From positions 4,118 through 68,117 of the forward strand of contig CANQHZ010000004.1 in the NCBI GenBank assembly GCA_947623805.1: a stretch of 64,000 bases of DNA, given 5' to 3'. Below the pieces are notes generated by a model. That model saw nothing but the letters and a program-made list of their open reading frames with translations. It ran no database searches and had not been told where the DNA came from. Origin of the DNA: an uncultured Lachnospiraceae bacterium. Lineage in GTDB: Bacteria > Bacillota > Clostridia > Lachnospirales > Lachnospiraceae. The position numbers were made by a program, and so were the translations under genes. Positions 19,246 through 29,292 of this stretch are shown here, piece after piece. Within the stretch, counting starts at the first letter, position 1. Each line of letters begins with the position of its first letter.

Positions 19246-20337
19246 ATGGCAAAAAATACAATACTAATCGTTGACGATGCAGAGCTCAACCGTGAAATGA
19301 TTAAATTCATATTTGAGGAGCAGTACAATGTACTTGAAGCGGAGGATGGGCAGCAGGCAATCGACCTTATAAACGAAAGAGGAGAAGACCTTTGCCTTAT
19401 ATTCCTTGATTTGCTTATGCCGAAAAAGTCAGGTCTTGACGTGTTGCATTTTATGAACCTCAACAATTACATCAAATACATCCCCGTAATAATGATTACA
19501 GGCGAGTCAACGGACGAGAGTGACGAAAAGGCGTATGAGTACGGTGCGTCCGATATTATCTACAAGCCGTTTGCGCCAAATGTCGTAATGCGTCGTGCGA
19601 TGAACCTGATGGAGCTTTTTGAAAACAGGATAGACATAGAGCAGAAACTTGATGAGCGCACGAGAGAATTGAGGGACAGCCGCAGGAAGCTTGAGCAGAG
19701 CAATGATTTCCTTGTGAACGCGCTAAGCTCTGTCGTAGAGTTCAGGAGCCTTGAGTCGGGCGAGCATATACATAGGGTTAAGTATTTCACGAAACTGTTT
19801 TTGAAATATATTCGCGAGTTTTATCCCAAATATAATATTTCAAAGGAGTCGGCAGCGCTTATAGTGAATGCATCAGCACTTCATGACCTTGGAAAAATCG
19901 CTATTCCTGACAGCATACTTTTGAAACCCGGCAGGCTTACGGCGGAAGAATTTGAGGAGATGAAAAAGCACACGGTTTATGGCTGCGAGCTTTTGGAGAA
20001 ATTCAAGCAGGAGGATAATGAGTTCTATCGCTATTGCTATGATATATGCAGATATCACCATGAGAGATATGACGGGCGCGGTTATCCTGACAGGCTGAAA
20101 GGCGATGAGATACCCATCTGGGCGCAGATAGTTTCGATAGTGGATGTGTATGATGCGCTTGTAAGCGAGAGGGTTTACAAGAGCCCTTATGATGTGGAGG
20201 AAGCGGCGCGCATGATTAAAGACGGCGAGTGCGGAATATTCTCACCCGAGATGCTTGACTGCTTTGAGCTTGCTAAGTCTGAGCTTTTTGCCGCGACGGA
20301 GAATAAATTTTCGTTTGCGGACAGCATAGAGGCGTAA
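19246..20337 (+). CDS. Response regulator with HD-GYP cyclic-dinucleotide phosphodiesterase domain
   Basis: REC domain (VDD, LDLLMP, KPF); LHDLGK, HHERYDGRGYP. Confidence 0.92.
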   Translation: MAKNTILIVDDAELNREMIKFIFEEQYNVLEAEDGQQAIDLINERGEDLCLIFLDLLMPKKSGLDVLHFMNLNNYIKYIPVIMITGESTDESDEKAYEYGASDIIYKPFAPNVVMRRAMNLMELFENRIDIEQKLDERTRELRDSRRKLEQSNDFLVNALSSVVEFRSLESGEHIHRVKYFTKLFLKYIREFYPKYNISKESAALIVNASALHDLGKIAIPDSILLKPGRLTAEEFEEMKKHTVYGCELLEKFKQEDNEFYRYCYDICRYHHERYDGRGYPDRLKGDEIPIWAQIVSIVDVYDALVSERVYKSPYDVEEAARMIKDGECGIFSPEMLDCFELAKSELFAATENKFSFADSIEA

Positions 20338-20393
20338 TGCCTAATAACGTGGCATGACAGGATTAAAGTGTGTATGCCTGCGGATAAGTGTTG

Positions 20394-20424
20394 AAAAACC
20401 GCTGTTTTTGAGACAGCGGTTTTT
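20394..20424 (+). terminator. Intrinsic (probably bidirectional) terminator
   Basis: aaaaaccgctgt-7nt-acagcggttttt hairpin with U tract. Confidence 0.8.
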
Positions 20425-20456
20425 TGGTTCGGATAAAAATATTCAGGAGAAAATAT

Positions 20457-21647
20457 ATGGGAAAATATACTGCTTCTTTGGAAGAAAAGAGCTATGTGAT
20501 AAGCACTGATGATGAGGACTATATGGACGAGCTTGAAAAAGCCGCCGCAGGTTTTCGATGTTTTGATGAGGCGCTTGATGCGTTTCTTCTGGAATACGGA
20601 TACGGAGGGGAAATTGCGGACATTGATGGTAAAATAAATTATATCAGGCAGAAATATAAAGATGAGAAGATAGATATACCGAGAAATATCAAAAAATGGT
20701 ATTCGGAACACAAGTCGATTGAGCGGGAGACAGCGTTCTCACTCTGCTTTGCATTTAGGCTTGATTTGGAGGAAACGGAGGATTTTTTCAGGCGCGTCAT
20801 GCTGCAGCGCTGCTTTGACTGCCATAGCATAGAGGAACTGGTATACTGCTACTGCATATGCAGAGGTTATAACTACCGGAGAGCGCAGGAGCTTATTCAA
20901 AAAGCGCCCAGGGTAAAGGTGGATAAAATAAGCTTTGGCGGCGATTTGATGTATACCTTTGTGATAGAGGATGAAGTAAAGCGGTTTGGAAGTGACAGCG
21001 AGCTGCTTGATTTTCTGGATAAGAATAAGGAGCAGTTTGGTTATAACAATGTGTCTGCGGTCATGCTTATAAAAAAATTGTGGAATGAGATTTCAGGTGA
21101 GATTTCATCCGATGAGGTTGGCTTAGCGCATAGGGAAAGGAAAAGTCTGTATGATGCCGCCGATATGGAGGACCATGTGGCAGACGGCACAAAGGCGTCG
21201 TTGTGGAGTGTATATAAGCAGATACTTGGCTTGTATGGCGATGAGTTTTCCAAAATCGACGCGGCGCGCACAATAAAGCCGATGCTCCGTGACAGCAGGC
21301 TGCTGAACCCGCTGGCGGAAAAAGCATTCCCCGACAGAGACGGGCTGAACAAGATTTTGAACGGCGAGCATATATCTGACGAGCGTGTCAGAAAAATGCT
21401 GATTTTACTGCTTTTTTATGAATATTGGATTAAGCTTGCGCTAAAAAGGCAGACATATAAGGCAGAATACGGCGACAGCGAAAGAGGCCTTGCGTATATT
21501 AACGGACATATGGCTGATGTCGGCTACCCGACGCTGTACTATGGAAATCCGTATGACTGGATTTTTCTGTTTGCGTCAAAAGACGATTATCCGCTGGTCA
21601 CGTTCAGGGAGATTATGCGGGAGATGTTTTATGCGCATGAGCAATGA
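20457..21647 (+). CDS. Hypothetical protein
   Basis: Long ORF with SD AGGAG; no domain recognised. Confidence 0.75.
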   Translation: MGKYTASLEEKSYVISTDDEDYMDELEKAAAGFRCFDEALDAFLLEYGYGGEIADIDGKINYIRQKYKDEKIDIPRNIKKWYSEHKSIERETAFSLCFAFRLDLEETEDFFRRVMLQRCFDCHSIEELVYCYCICRGYNYRRAQELIQKAPRVKVDKISFGGDLMYTFVIEDEVKRFGSDSELLDFLDKNKEQFGYNNVSAVMLIKKLWNEISGEISSDEVGLAHRERKSLYDAADMEDHVADGTKASLWSVYKQILGLYGDEFSKIDAARTIKPMLRDSRLLNPLAEKAFPDRDGLNKILNGEHISDERVRKMLILLLFYEYWIKLALKRQTYKAEYGDSERGLAYINGHMADVGYPTLYYGNPYDWIFLFASKDDYPLVTFREIMREMFYAHEQ

Positions 21648-21696
21648 GTAAGGCATAAATGCATGGTTAGGTGCTAAGGCGCATTGTGATTGCGGC

Positions 21697-22020
21697 TTAA
21701 TCTTTATTTATTTTATTTATGACATCTTCTGCTGAAACTGCGTAATTTTCGGCAATCAAGCTGACTATTTTTTCATCGGGCAAGCCTAGATGCCGAAGCA
21801 TTTCGATGCTGCTTTTTATGTCCTGTTCGCGCGCCTCGCTAATCCCGTTCTTATGCCCACGCTCAAAACCTTCGCTAATTCCACTTTTATGCCCACGCTC
21901 AAAACCCTCGCTAATTCCACTTTTATGCCCACGTTCAAAGCCCTCGTTCACGCCGTCTTCAAAGCCCTCTCTGTATACAGTCTTTTTATACAGCTTTTCA
22001 TCAAATTCCGTAAGCAGCAT
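21697..22020 (-). CDS. Putative internally initiated C-terminal protein (RpnS-like antitoxin)
   Basis: In-frame ATG at 22020 preceded by GAGGTG-N6 SD. Confidence 0.55.
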   Translation of the reverse strand: MLLTEFDEKLYKKTVYREGFEDGVNEGFERGHKSGISEGFERGHKSGISEGFERGHKNGISEAREQDIKSSIEMLRHLGLPDEKIVSLIAENYAVSAEDVINKINKD

Positions 22021-22722
22021 ACTTTTCACCTCACTCTTGCATTTGATTAAAATATCTGCCAAAATATCATTTTCTATGCAATAGTCTATTGCCTTGCTTA
22101 TAGCATACTCTACTGTATGCTGGCTGTCGATGTATTCGTTTACCTTTGCTATAAAATATGAATAATCGTGAAGACGGCGGCAGCTGTTCAGCAGGGCATT
22201 ATTGTGTCCATAGTTAATGTTCAGCATTGTTGCACGACACTCAAGGATGGGTTCGCCTGACGCCTCCGGAACAAATGCGTCTGACAGTTTTAAAACCATT
22301 TCATCCGGATACTCGTTCCTGCCGTTGTAAAAAATAATAAACTGAGGTCTCGGCAGACTGACGAGACGACTTGCGTATATATCAAGGTCATGCTGTTTGA
22401 TATAGCCCTCGTACAGCCTGGCGAAATACATCAGTCCGCGCACGGGCATATTTGGGTTAAAGGTAGACTGATGCTCATAAAGGTTCAGTGTCGATGAGAT
22501 TATAAAGGACATATCATTTTTCATCGACATATAAATCACGTCTTCAAGCGTCGTGATTTCAAGCTCATCAGGATTTGCATAGTCAGTATGGTTTATCGCG
22601 TTGTACAAGTCAAGAAGGTCTTTTTTGTCCGCAAAAACCCTTTGGAACAGCCTATCCTTATGCGCCCTGTTTACCGCAAAGCGTCTGAATATTTTGGCAA
22701 TATTAAGTTTTTCTCTTTTCAT
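21697..22722 (-). CDS. Rpn/YhgA-like PD-(D/E)XK nuclease (putative transposase family)
   Basis: HKDRLF, NDMSF...LYEHQST.NPNMPVR, PQFIIFYNG, Gly/Glu-rich C-terminal repeats. Confidence 0.85.
   Translation of the reverse strand: MKREKLNIAKIFRRFAVNRAHKDRLFQRVFADKKDLLDLYNAINHTDYANPDELEITTLEDVIYMSMKNDMSFIISSTLNLYEHQSTFNPNMPVRGLMYFARLYEGYIKQHDLDIYASRLVSLPRPQFIIFYNGRNEYPDEMVLKLSDAFVPEASGEPILECRATMLNINYGHNNALLNSCRRLHDYSYFIAKVNEYIDSQHTVEYAISKAIDYCIENDILADILIKCKSEVKSMLLTEFDEKLYKKTVYREGFEDGVNEGFERGHKSGISEGFERGHKSGISEGFERGHKNGISEAREQDIKSSIEMLRHLGLPDEKIVSLIAENYAVSAEDVINKINKD
21836..21943. repeat. Three 36-bp tandem repeats (EGFERGHKSGIS) in the Rpn C-terminus
   Basis: tcgctaat recurs at 21836, 21872 and 21908; a degenerate fourth copy starts at 21944. 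Confidence 0.95.
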
Positions 22723-23154
22723 ATGTTCTCCCTTTTAGTATATTATAGTTTAAGTGTTTTGTAAAACGGAAATCAATCAGAAAATAAAGAACTTTTGAAA
22801 TAAAGATACTTTAAGGATAAATTGATTTGTTTCATTAGACTGTACTATACCATCAAAGCTAAAAGCTTGCAAGCCTTTAGGCAAAAATAGCGTTTGAAAT
22901 GTAAAAAATCGTACAAAATTAAAAAAACTGCGCTAAAACTGGCTGTCTTCAAAACTGACAAAATATAAAAAATTATTTCATTTCAGCAATATTGAAAATT
23001 CCTCCCAAACTGGTATACTAATGTAATTATATAGAACCAAGCAGGCGTCACAAGGAACATATACGCCGTATACGGCTGAAAATCCATATTATAAAAGCAG
23101 AGTGTTAAAATATCCCTATGGAAAGAAATATGCCTGAGATGAGGAGGCGGACTG

Positions 23155-26100
23155 ATGAACGATAAAAGAACCGCGCTGTCTGGCGGGGAACGGCTGATTT
23201 TTACAAACCGCGCGGGCGGAAAGACGGCATATACGATAAAAAGGGAGCTTGCGCGGGGCGGCTCGTCTATCGTGTATGATGCCGTGTATACAAATAATTC
23301 AGGTGCGGATAAAAAGGTGCGGATAAAGGAGTGCTATCCGTACAGGCTCAACATCATCAGGGAAAAGAATGGATGCCTGCATGCAAAGGGCGCAGAGGAA
23401 AGAGAATTTGAAGAATTTAAGGACAAATTTAAAAGCGCATTTGATGTTTCCAACAGGCTTTTTGACATAGATGCCCTGACAAACTCCGTGTCAAACGCTA
23501 TAGACATATATGAGGCATTGAATACCGTATACATAGTGTCTTCATACATACAGGGAGATACTATGTCTGAAATAGGAGATATCTCGCTGCAGAAGGCGAT
23601 TTCCATAGTGAAGGGCGCGGCGCGGGCGGTAAGCGCGGTACACAAGGCGGGATGGCTTTATCTGGACATCAAGCCTGATAATATCTTTGTTTTGGGGAAT
23701 ACCGCGGAGCAGATACAGCTTTTTGATTTTGATTCGCTTTTTCCCATATGCGAGAATGGCGCGGAAGATGTATCAGAATATAAAATTTCATATACAAAGG
23801 ACTTTGCGGCGCTGGAGCTGCAGATGGGCGAGCTGCATAAACTGGGAAGATATACGGACGTTTTCGGCATAGGAGCGCTGCTGTTTTATATGCTTTTTGG
23901 CAGGACACCTAAGGCGGTGGAAAGAAGTGCGGAGGCTGTATACGATTACGGCAGCTTTGCGTATGCGGGCATAAATTATCGCGATAGCCTGTATTTTCTG
24001 CTGACGGAGTTTTTTCATCATACGCTGCCTGATTATTACGCGGATAGGTATAGCGATATGGAAACGGTCGTGGATAAGTTGTCGTGCCTTGAAAAAGCGG
24101 CGGACATCACTACGCCGTATATATATTCCACATATAAGCCCGATAAAAAGCTGATTTTCGGGCGCGAGGGGGAGCTTGCGTGTATAGAAGCGTGGTGGCG
24201 CGACAAGGACAGTCGGTGTCTCATTGTTTCCGGAATGGGCGGAATCGGAAAAAGCTCGCTCGTGCGCTCGTATGTCTGGCAGAATCGGGAAAAGCTTGGC
24301 ACAATCCTGTACCTTGATTTTAAAAACAATATCAGGCAGACGATAACAGACGACTGGCAGCTTTGCGTCAATCTCACTGCGCGCCAAGGGGAGGAGAGCA
24401 TCGACGATTATTTCCTGCGCAAGGTGAAGGCTCTGCGCCTCATAGCGGCAGACGAGGAGGCGCTGCTCATCATTGATAATTTCAGCGGGGAGTTTGACAG
24501 AGATGTCGAAATGCTGGCTGAGCTTGGCTGGAAAATTATTCTGATTACAAGAAATGAGTGTGCGGCTGCGCCGTATGATATTGTGAAAGTCGGGGAAATA
24601 GGCGATAAAAAATATATTTATGAAATGTTTGCTCATTATCTTGGCAGACACCTTGACGGAAAAGAGCGGGAATATGCGGACATTATCATTGAAAAGACAG
24701 GCGGGCATACGCTCGCGCTTGAGCTGACGGCAAGACAGCTTGCGCGTAGCTTTCTGCCGCTTAAGGAAGCCGCCGCGCTGGCGCAAAGGCACGGCTTTTC
24801 CAAAATCGGCGCGGAAAAGGTGAGGTTTTCAAAGGATTATAAAGAATATTACGCAGCGATAGAAAATATCATAGGCGCGCTGTTTGAAACGGCGGATATG
24901 AATGATTTAAAGCGCTCGATTTTAAAGGCTCTGGCGCTCTTTGGGACAGCGGGGACAGATGCCCGCAGCTTTGCCCAAATGAGCGGGATAAAATCGCTTG
25001 ACTGCGTAAATGAGCTTATGGACATGGGCTGGATTTCAGGCGACCGCGGAGCTGGCATTTTGTCCGTGCATCCGATAGTCGCGCAGGTCGTACATTCATG
25101 GACCGCAGACGGCATAAACGCTGCCGCATTTAATGTGATGGAGAGCGTGCGCGAAAAGATACATGCTTTGGCTGGCGCAGAAGAATTTTCCATGCGTGCA
25201 AAATATCTGGGCTATTCGGAAAATATGCTCAAAGCCGCCCAAAGAGAGAACACGCTATACTGTTCACGCGCTTATGGAAAGTTGTTGTATGAAACAATAA
25301 TTACAATGCCGCTTGACAGGGAAGACTTTATAGAGGAATGGGGCAGCAGGCTTGTAAATGATGCGTCGATATCAGGAGTAGAGCCAAGGGAGCTTATGGA
25401 GGCATACGATATGCTGCTTGCCGTGTACGAGACGAAAGGCAATCTGCGCAGGGCAAAAGGCGAGCTTGTCCGTGTCAAAAGTCTGGCGGAAAAATGTTGT
25501 GACGATTATATCAGGGGACAGTATTATTACCTGCTTTCGTGCTTTTATGATGAGGTATTAGGCGGCGCGTATGGGGTGACAGATGGAAAGGAAGAACAGT
25601 ATTTGCGGCGGCTTATGAAGTCGCTTGATAAGGCAATCAGTTATTTGAAAAAGTCAAAGTATGAGGACAGGACTAGGCTTATTCAATGCCTACTTTCAAA
25701 AGCGTCTATGCTTATGAGAAGTGAGACGGGCAGTAAAGCTCAAATTGAAAGACTGCTGAAAAAGGCTGCAAAGCTGATTGCGATACATGATGAAAAGAAT
25801 TTTAAATGCAGCAGATTTAAAGCCGGCCATGAGTTGGCAAAGGACTATTATATGGTGTGTGCGTGGTATGCCGCTATGATTTTGAAAAATTGCGAAAAAA
25901 CTGACAGATGTGTCGGTTTGGCATACAGGGAGATTAGTGCAACGCATAAAGATACAGATGCATGCGATGTCGGCAAGGTCGTGAGTGCGGCTGTATCCGA
26001 TACAAGGCTTGAACATGAAAATTTGCGTATTTATGATATTGATGAGATAAACAGCATAATTATTCCGTATGCGGATATGCTCTGCGCGCTGCAAAAATAT

Positions 26101-26298
26101 GAAAAATCCGCCCGCGTGCTGGAAAGAGGCATTGCGATATGTGACAGGCATCCGCAAGTCGTCACATACATGAGGAAACGGCTTGATTTGACAGGATATT
26201 TGTTTGATGTGTATTATGAGGCAGGTAAGCCCGATAAGTGCAGGGAAATGGTGCGGAACATTGAGCGTATGAATGAGGAGTATAGGGAGTTTGTTTAA
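23155..26298 (+). CDS. Ser/Thr kinase-like domain + STAND/NB-ARC NTPase + helical (TPR-like) C-terminus
   Basis: RGGSSIVY, RIKE, LDIKPDN, DFD; GMGGIGKS, LIIDN, LITRN, GGHTLALEL. Confidence 0.82.
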   Translation: MNDKRTALSGGERLIFTNRAGGKTAYTIKRELARGGSSIVYDAVYTNNSGADKKVRIKECYPYRLNIIREKNGCLHAKGAEEREFEEFKDKFKSAFDVSNRLFDIDALTNSVSNAIDIYEALNTVYIVSSYIQGDTMSEIGDISLQKAISIVKGAARAVSAVHKAGWLYLDIKPDNIFVLGNTAEQIQLFDFDSLFPICENGAEDVSEYKISYTKDFAALELQMGELHKLGRYTDVFGIGALLFYMLFGRTPKAVERSAEAVYDYGSFAYAGINYRDSLYFLLTEFFHHTLPDYYADRYSDMETVVDKLSCLEKAADITTPYIYSTYKPDKKLIFGREGELACIEAWWRDKDSRCLIVSGMGGIGKSSLVRSYVWQNREKLGTILYLDFKNNIRQTITDDWQLCVNLTARQGEESIDDYFLRKVKALRLIAADEEALLIIDNFSGEFDRDVEMLAELGWKIILITRNECAAAPYDIVKVGEIGDKKYIYEMFAHYLGRHLDGKEREYADIIIEKTGGHTLALELTARQLARSFLPLKEAAALAQRHGFSKIGAEKVRFSKDYKEYYAAIENIIGALFETADMNDLKRSILKALALFGTAGTDARSFAQMSGIKSLDCVNELMDMGWISGDRGAGILSVHPIVAQVVHSWTADGINAAAFNVMESVREKIHALAGAEEFSMRAKYLGYSENMLKAAQRENTLYCSRAYGKLLYETIITMPLDREDFIEEWGSRLVNDASISGVEPRELMEAYDMLLAVYETKGNLRRAKGELVRVKSLAEKCCDDYIRGQYYYLLSCFYDEVLGGAYGVTDGKEEQYLRRLMKSLDKAISYLKKSKYEDRTRLIQCLLSKASMLMRSETGSKAQIERLLKKAAKLIAIHDEKNFKCSRFKAGHELAKDYYMVCAWYAAMILKNCEKTDRCVGLAYREISATHKDTDACDVGKVVSAAVSDTRLEHENLRIYDIDEINSIIIPYADMLCALQKYEKSARVLERGIAICDRHPQVVTYMRKRLDLTGYLFDVYYEAGKPDKCREMVRNIERMNEEYREFV

Positions 26299-26600
26299 CT
26301 ACTGGCTTGGTGCGCTGCCGTTCTATGATAATGTAAGACATGAAGGGGTTGAAATTGTTGGATAAGAGAAGGAGCGACTTATGAGAAAGTGATTGTGGAG
26401 ATTGAATATTTAATGGAAAATCAGTAATAGTGTTATCATATCATCAACTGTTTATCTTTATATATAGACGAAAAACGCACAGCCCGGCTAATAGCTCGTA
26501 CCGTGCGTTTTTTGCGTTTAAAAGAACTGCACTCACAAATCCAAAACAAAAAAATGTGGTGTACAATGAAAGCACCAATAAAAATAAGGTTTGGGGGTAT

Positions 26601-27290
26601 ATGGTTATGAAGAAAAAGTTATTGGCGCTGGTGATGGTATTGACTTTGGCAGTGATGGGAGGCGGATTTACGAGCAATGCGCAGGAATTGGCGGCGAAAG
26701 CGGAAACAGAGGCGGAAGTGACGGCGGAGCTTGACGTAAAAGTGGTGACTACGAATGATAAAAAGGCAGCAGTTTTTATCACGAATAACAGCAGGACAGT
26801 TATAGACTGGCTTGAAGTGCAGTTGGAGTATCTGGATGAGAACGGACAGGTAATAGACCTTAGCCGTGACATAAAGGAAACGGTCCTGCCGGGGCATATG
26901 GTTGTATCAAGGCTGGAAATTCCTAAAGTAAAGTTTGCTGATGCGAGAATACAGTATATTGTTCACTTGGATGGATTGTTCAGCTGGGAAGTAAGCCATA
27001 TAGATGAGATTGGAGTTGCCTGCAATGTGGGAAATGGATGCGTAATTGTACAGACTAAGAATAATTCGGCGGGAGCCATTGACTATATAGAATATATTGT
27101 TGCCTTATATAAAGGCGACAAACTGGTCTCACTCTGCTGGCCTGAATACATCTATAGCTTGGCATCAGGGCAAAGTACGACACAGAAAATATATACATAC
27201 AACGATCTGACGCTTGATAATTACATATATGGCACTGACTATGACAAGGCAGAAGTGTACTTAAATCAGGCATATTCATATGGGATGTAA
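26601..27290 (+). CDS. Secreted hypothetical protein (FxLYD-like beta-sandwich domains)
   Basis: Signal peptide MKKKLLALVMVL; ITNNS...YLDENGQVI...VLPG pattern; start moved from 26430. Confidence 0.65.
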   Translation: MVMKKKLLALVMVLTLAVMGGGFTSNAQELAAKAETEAEVTAELDVKVVTTNDKKAAVFITNNSRTVIDWLEVQLEYLDENGQVIDLSRDIKETVLPGHMVVSRLEIPKVKFADARIQYIVHLDGLFSWEVSHIDEIGVACNVGNGCVIVQTKNNSAGAIDYIEYIVALYKGDKLVSLCWPEYIYSLASGQSTTQKIYTYNDLTLDNYIYGTDYDKAEVYLNQAYSYGM

Positions 27291-27339
27291 AGGCACTGCA
27301 ATATTATAAGCAGGAAAAACACAGCTATGCCTTGCAGCA

Positions 27340-27540
27340 TTATGGCTTTGAAGGACAGCCATTTTGCTGTGAGGCGTTTGGCGTGGGAGAAAGCTTGGAT
27401 GCATTGCTTCTTAAATGTTCTTTTAAAACCAAATTGATATATTGCGAAAACGACCTGTCGTCCTTTTCTGATAATATTTTAATCGCGTCGATGATTTCTG
27501 CGTCTAGCGTAATGCTGACCTTGGCTTTTAATGGCTTCAT
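27340..27540 (-). CDS. Small ribbon-helix-helix protein (orphan antitoxin-like)
   Basis: MKPLKAKVSITLD...DDRSFSQYINLVLKEHL. Confidence 0.7.
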   Translation of the reverse strand: MKPLKAKVSITLDAEIIDAIKILSEKDDRSFSQYINLVLKEHLRSNASKLSPTPNASQQNGCPSKP

Positions 27541-27684
27541 ATGATGTCCGTCTCCCTTTCTAAGATGCAGCTTGCCTGAGATAGAGGCAGCTTCTAAAAT
27601 AAAAGGCATGTTTTTTGTGCCGAAAATCTGATTTATAAAAAGTGGTTTTGTTTTTTATAATATAGCATTATGTCCTATTTTAAG

Positions 27685-27717
27685 TTGGCTAATCGTATAA
27701 AGTAGTATAAAATAGGA
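27685..27717 (+). promoter_or_regulatory. Copy 1 of a repeated 33-bp sigma-A promoter
   Basis: TTGGCT-N17-TAAAAT; near-identical to 31004-31036 and 32779-32811. Confidence 0.75.
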
Positions 27718-27779
27718 AAAATTAACCAATGTAAGACAATATCGTAAATTTGAGAAAGAAACGTTAAAGAGGAGAAAAA

Positions 27780-29192
27780 ATGCAGGATTATTTTGAACAG
27801 CCGACAGAAGAAACTATAGTTACGCCCGTACAGCCAGACGCAAATATGGCGACACCGCAGCCATCAAAGAAACGGGGGAAACTCTGGATATACATAGGTT
27901 GCGTGGCAGTCGTGGCTATTGCAGCAGTATTAGCTGTAAAGCTGTTTTTAAATCCGATGATTAGAATCGGTATAGCTATGGCAAATACCTTTAAGGGAAA
28001 AAGCCAGATAGAAAAAGATTTGGACATTTCCGATATATTTGCTGATGGAAACGCAAGCGTGAAGGCGGATGTTGAGTATGATTACAAGACTGTCTCTATG
28101 AGCGGCGTATGTGATTTTTCAGATAAGCATAAAGCGTTAAGCTTGAAGGCTAATGGCGATTTGGGCAAGATAGGCGATTTTGAAGTGGATTTTACGGCGG
28201 AGCTTGACGCGGATAAGCTGGCAGTAAGTTTGAACCCTGCTATTGATAAGACGCTTGCCTACTATTATACAAGGGACAATAAAGGCTATATTATTAGCAA
28301 TATCAAGCATTCAGCTAAAAAAATAAGTGAGATAAATGATTCGCTCAAAAATTTCTATGAGTTTGATTTTAGCGATTTTAACACTAATGACATACAAAGC
28401 GCCATTGTAAAGGCAGTTTTGAAAGAGGCAAAGAATATTGAAATAGAAAAAGTAGACGAAAAAGAGAAATTTAAGATTAATGGCAAAATGAGAAAATGCG
28501 GCGGATATCAGATGGAGCTGACTGAAGAAGACATGGAGGCAATGGTTGACGCCGCGAGGAAGGCAGCAGAAAAAGAGCTGAAAAATGCAAGTGCCGAAGG
28601 ATATATGAGGGACTGGCTGGAAGATTATTATGATGATATGTTTGATGATCTGGAGGATGGGATTTCATGGACGAGGGATGTCGATTTGTCATTCTATATA
28701 TATGGCAGCCAGATTGCATGCATACGCGTAGAAGCATCACTGTATACGGCAGATATTATTTTTCATGGCGGCGATTACCCGACGCAAAATATCGAAGTAA
28801 TGCTGGATGGCGGCATATATAGCGATTATGTGGTAATGGAACTGAAAGGGGATAAAAAAGATAAGATTGAAAAAATGGAACTTGATATAGACGAAGATTC
28901 GATTTTTGAATTGGAGTATAATACAAAGAACGGTGAATTATCAGTAGAAAGCGATATGGCAGATATAGAGTTTGAGGCAGCCGTAAAAAGAACCAAGAAA
29001 GAGCTGGCTGTGGATATAGATGATATAAATGGCGTCGCGCTAACGCTTACAATAACAGACGGCGGTACAGTTGAGTCTATAAAAGGCGAGGAGTTCAATG
29101 TAGGCGAGGCTGATGAGGATGACGTTGAAGACTTGGTAGAGGACATTTTTGATGAATATGGTGATTTGGTCTACTATATATATCAGATGTGA
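27780..29192 (+). CDS. Membrane-anchored acidic surface protein, hypothetical
   Basis: SD GAGGAG, single N-terminal TM helix, beta-rich extracellular region. Confidence 0.75.
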   Translation: MQDYFEQPTEETIVTPVQPDANMATPQPSKKRGKLWIYIGCVAVVAIAAVLAVKLFLNPMIRIGIAMANTFKGKSQIEKDLDISDIFADGNASVKADVEYDYKTVSMSGVCDFSDKHKALSLKANGDLGKIGDFEVDFTAELDADKLAVSLNPAIDKTLAYYYTRDNKGYIISNIKHSAKKISEINDSLKNFYEFDFSDFNTNDIQSAIVKAVLKEAKNIEIEKVDEKEKFKINGKMRKCGGYQMELTEEDMEAMVDAARKAAEKELKNASAEGYMRDWLEDYYDDMFDDLEDGISWTRDVDLSFYIYGSQIACIRVEASLYTADIIFHGGDYPTQNIEVMLDGGIYSDYVVMELKGDKKDKIEKMELDIDEDSIFELEYNTKNGELSVESDMADIEFEAAVKRTKKELAVDIDDINGVALTLTITDGGTVESIKGEEFNVGEADEDDVEDLVEDIFDEYGDLVYYIYQM

Positions 29193-29292
29193 TTTCCATG
29201 GATGTCTGCGCGAAGCCATAAATATTAAAGCATTATAGCGCAGAACAGTGAAAATGGCTATTTGAGCCGCTAAAGCGGAAAGGGGAACTTTT

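Noticed and set aside
23788-24792. 334-aa minus-strand ORF
   Set aside because: It lies entirely antisense to the kinase-STAND gene and has no motifs or convincing SD, so it is a likely shadow ORF.
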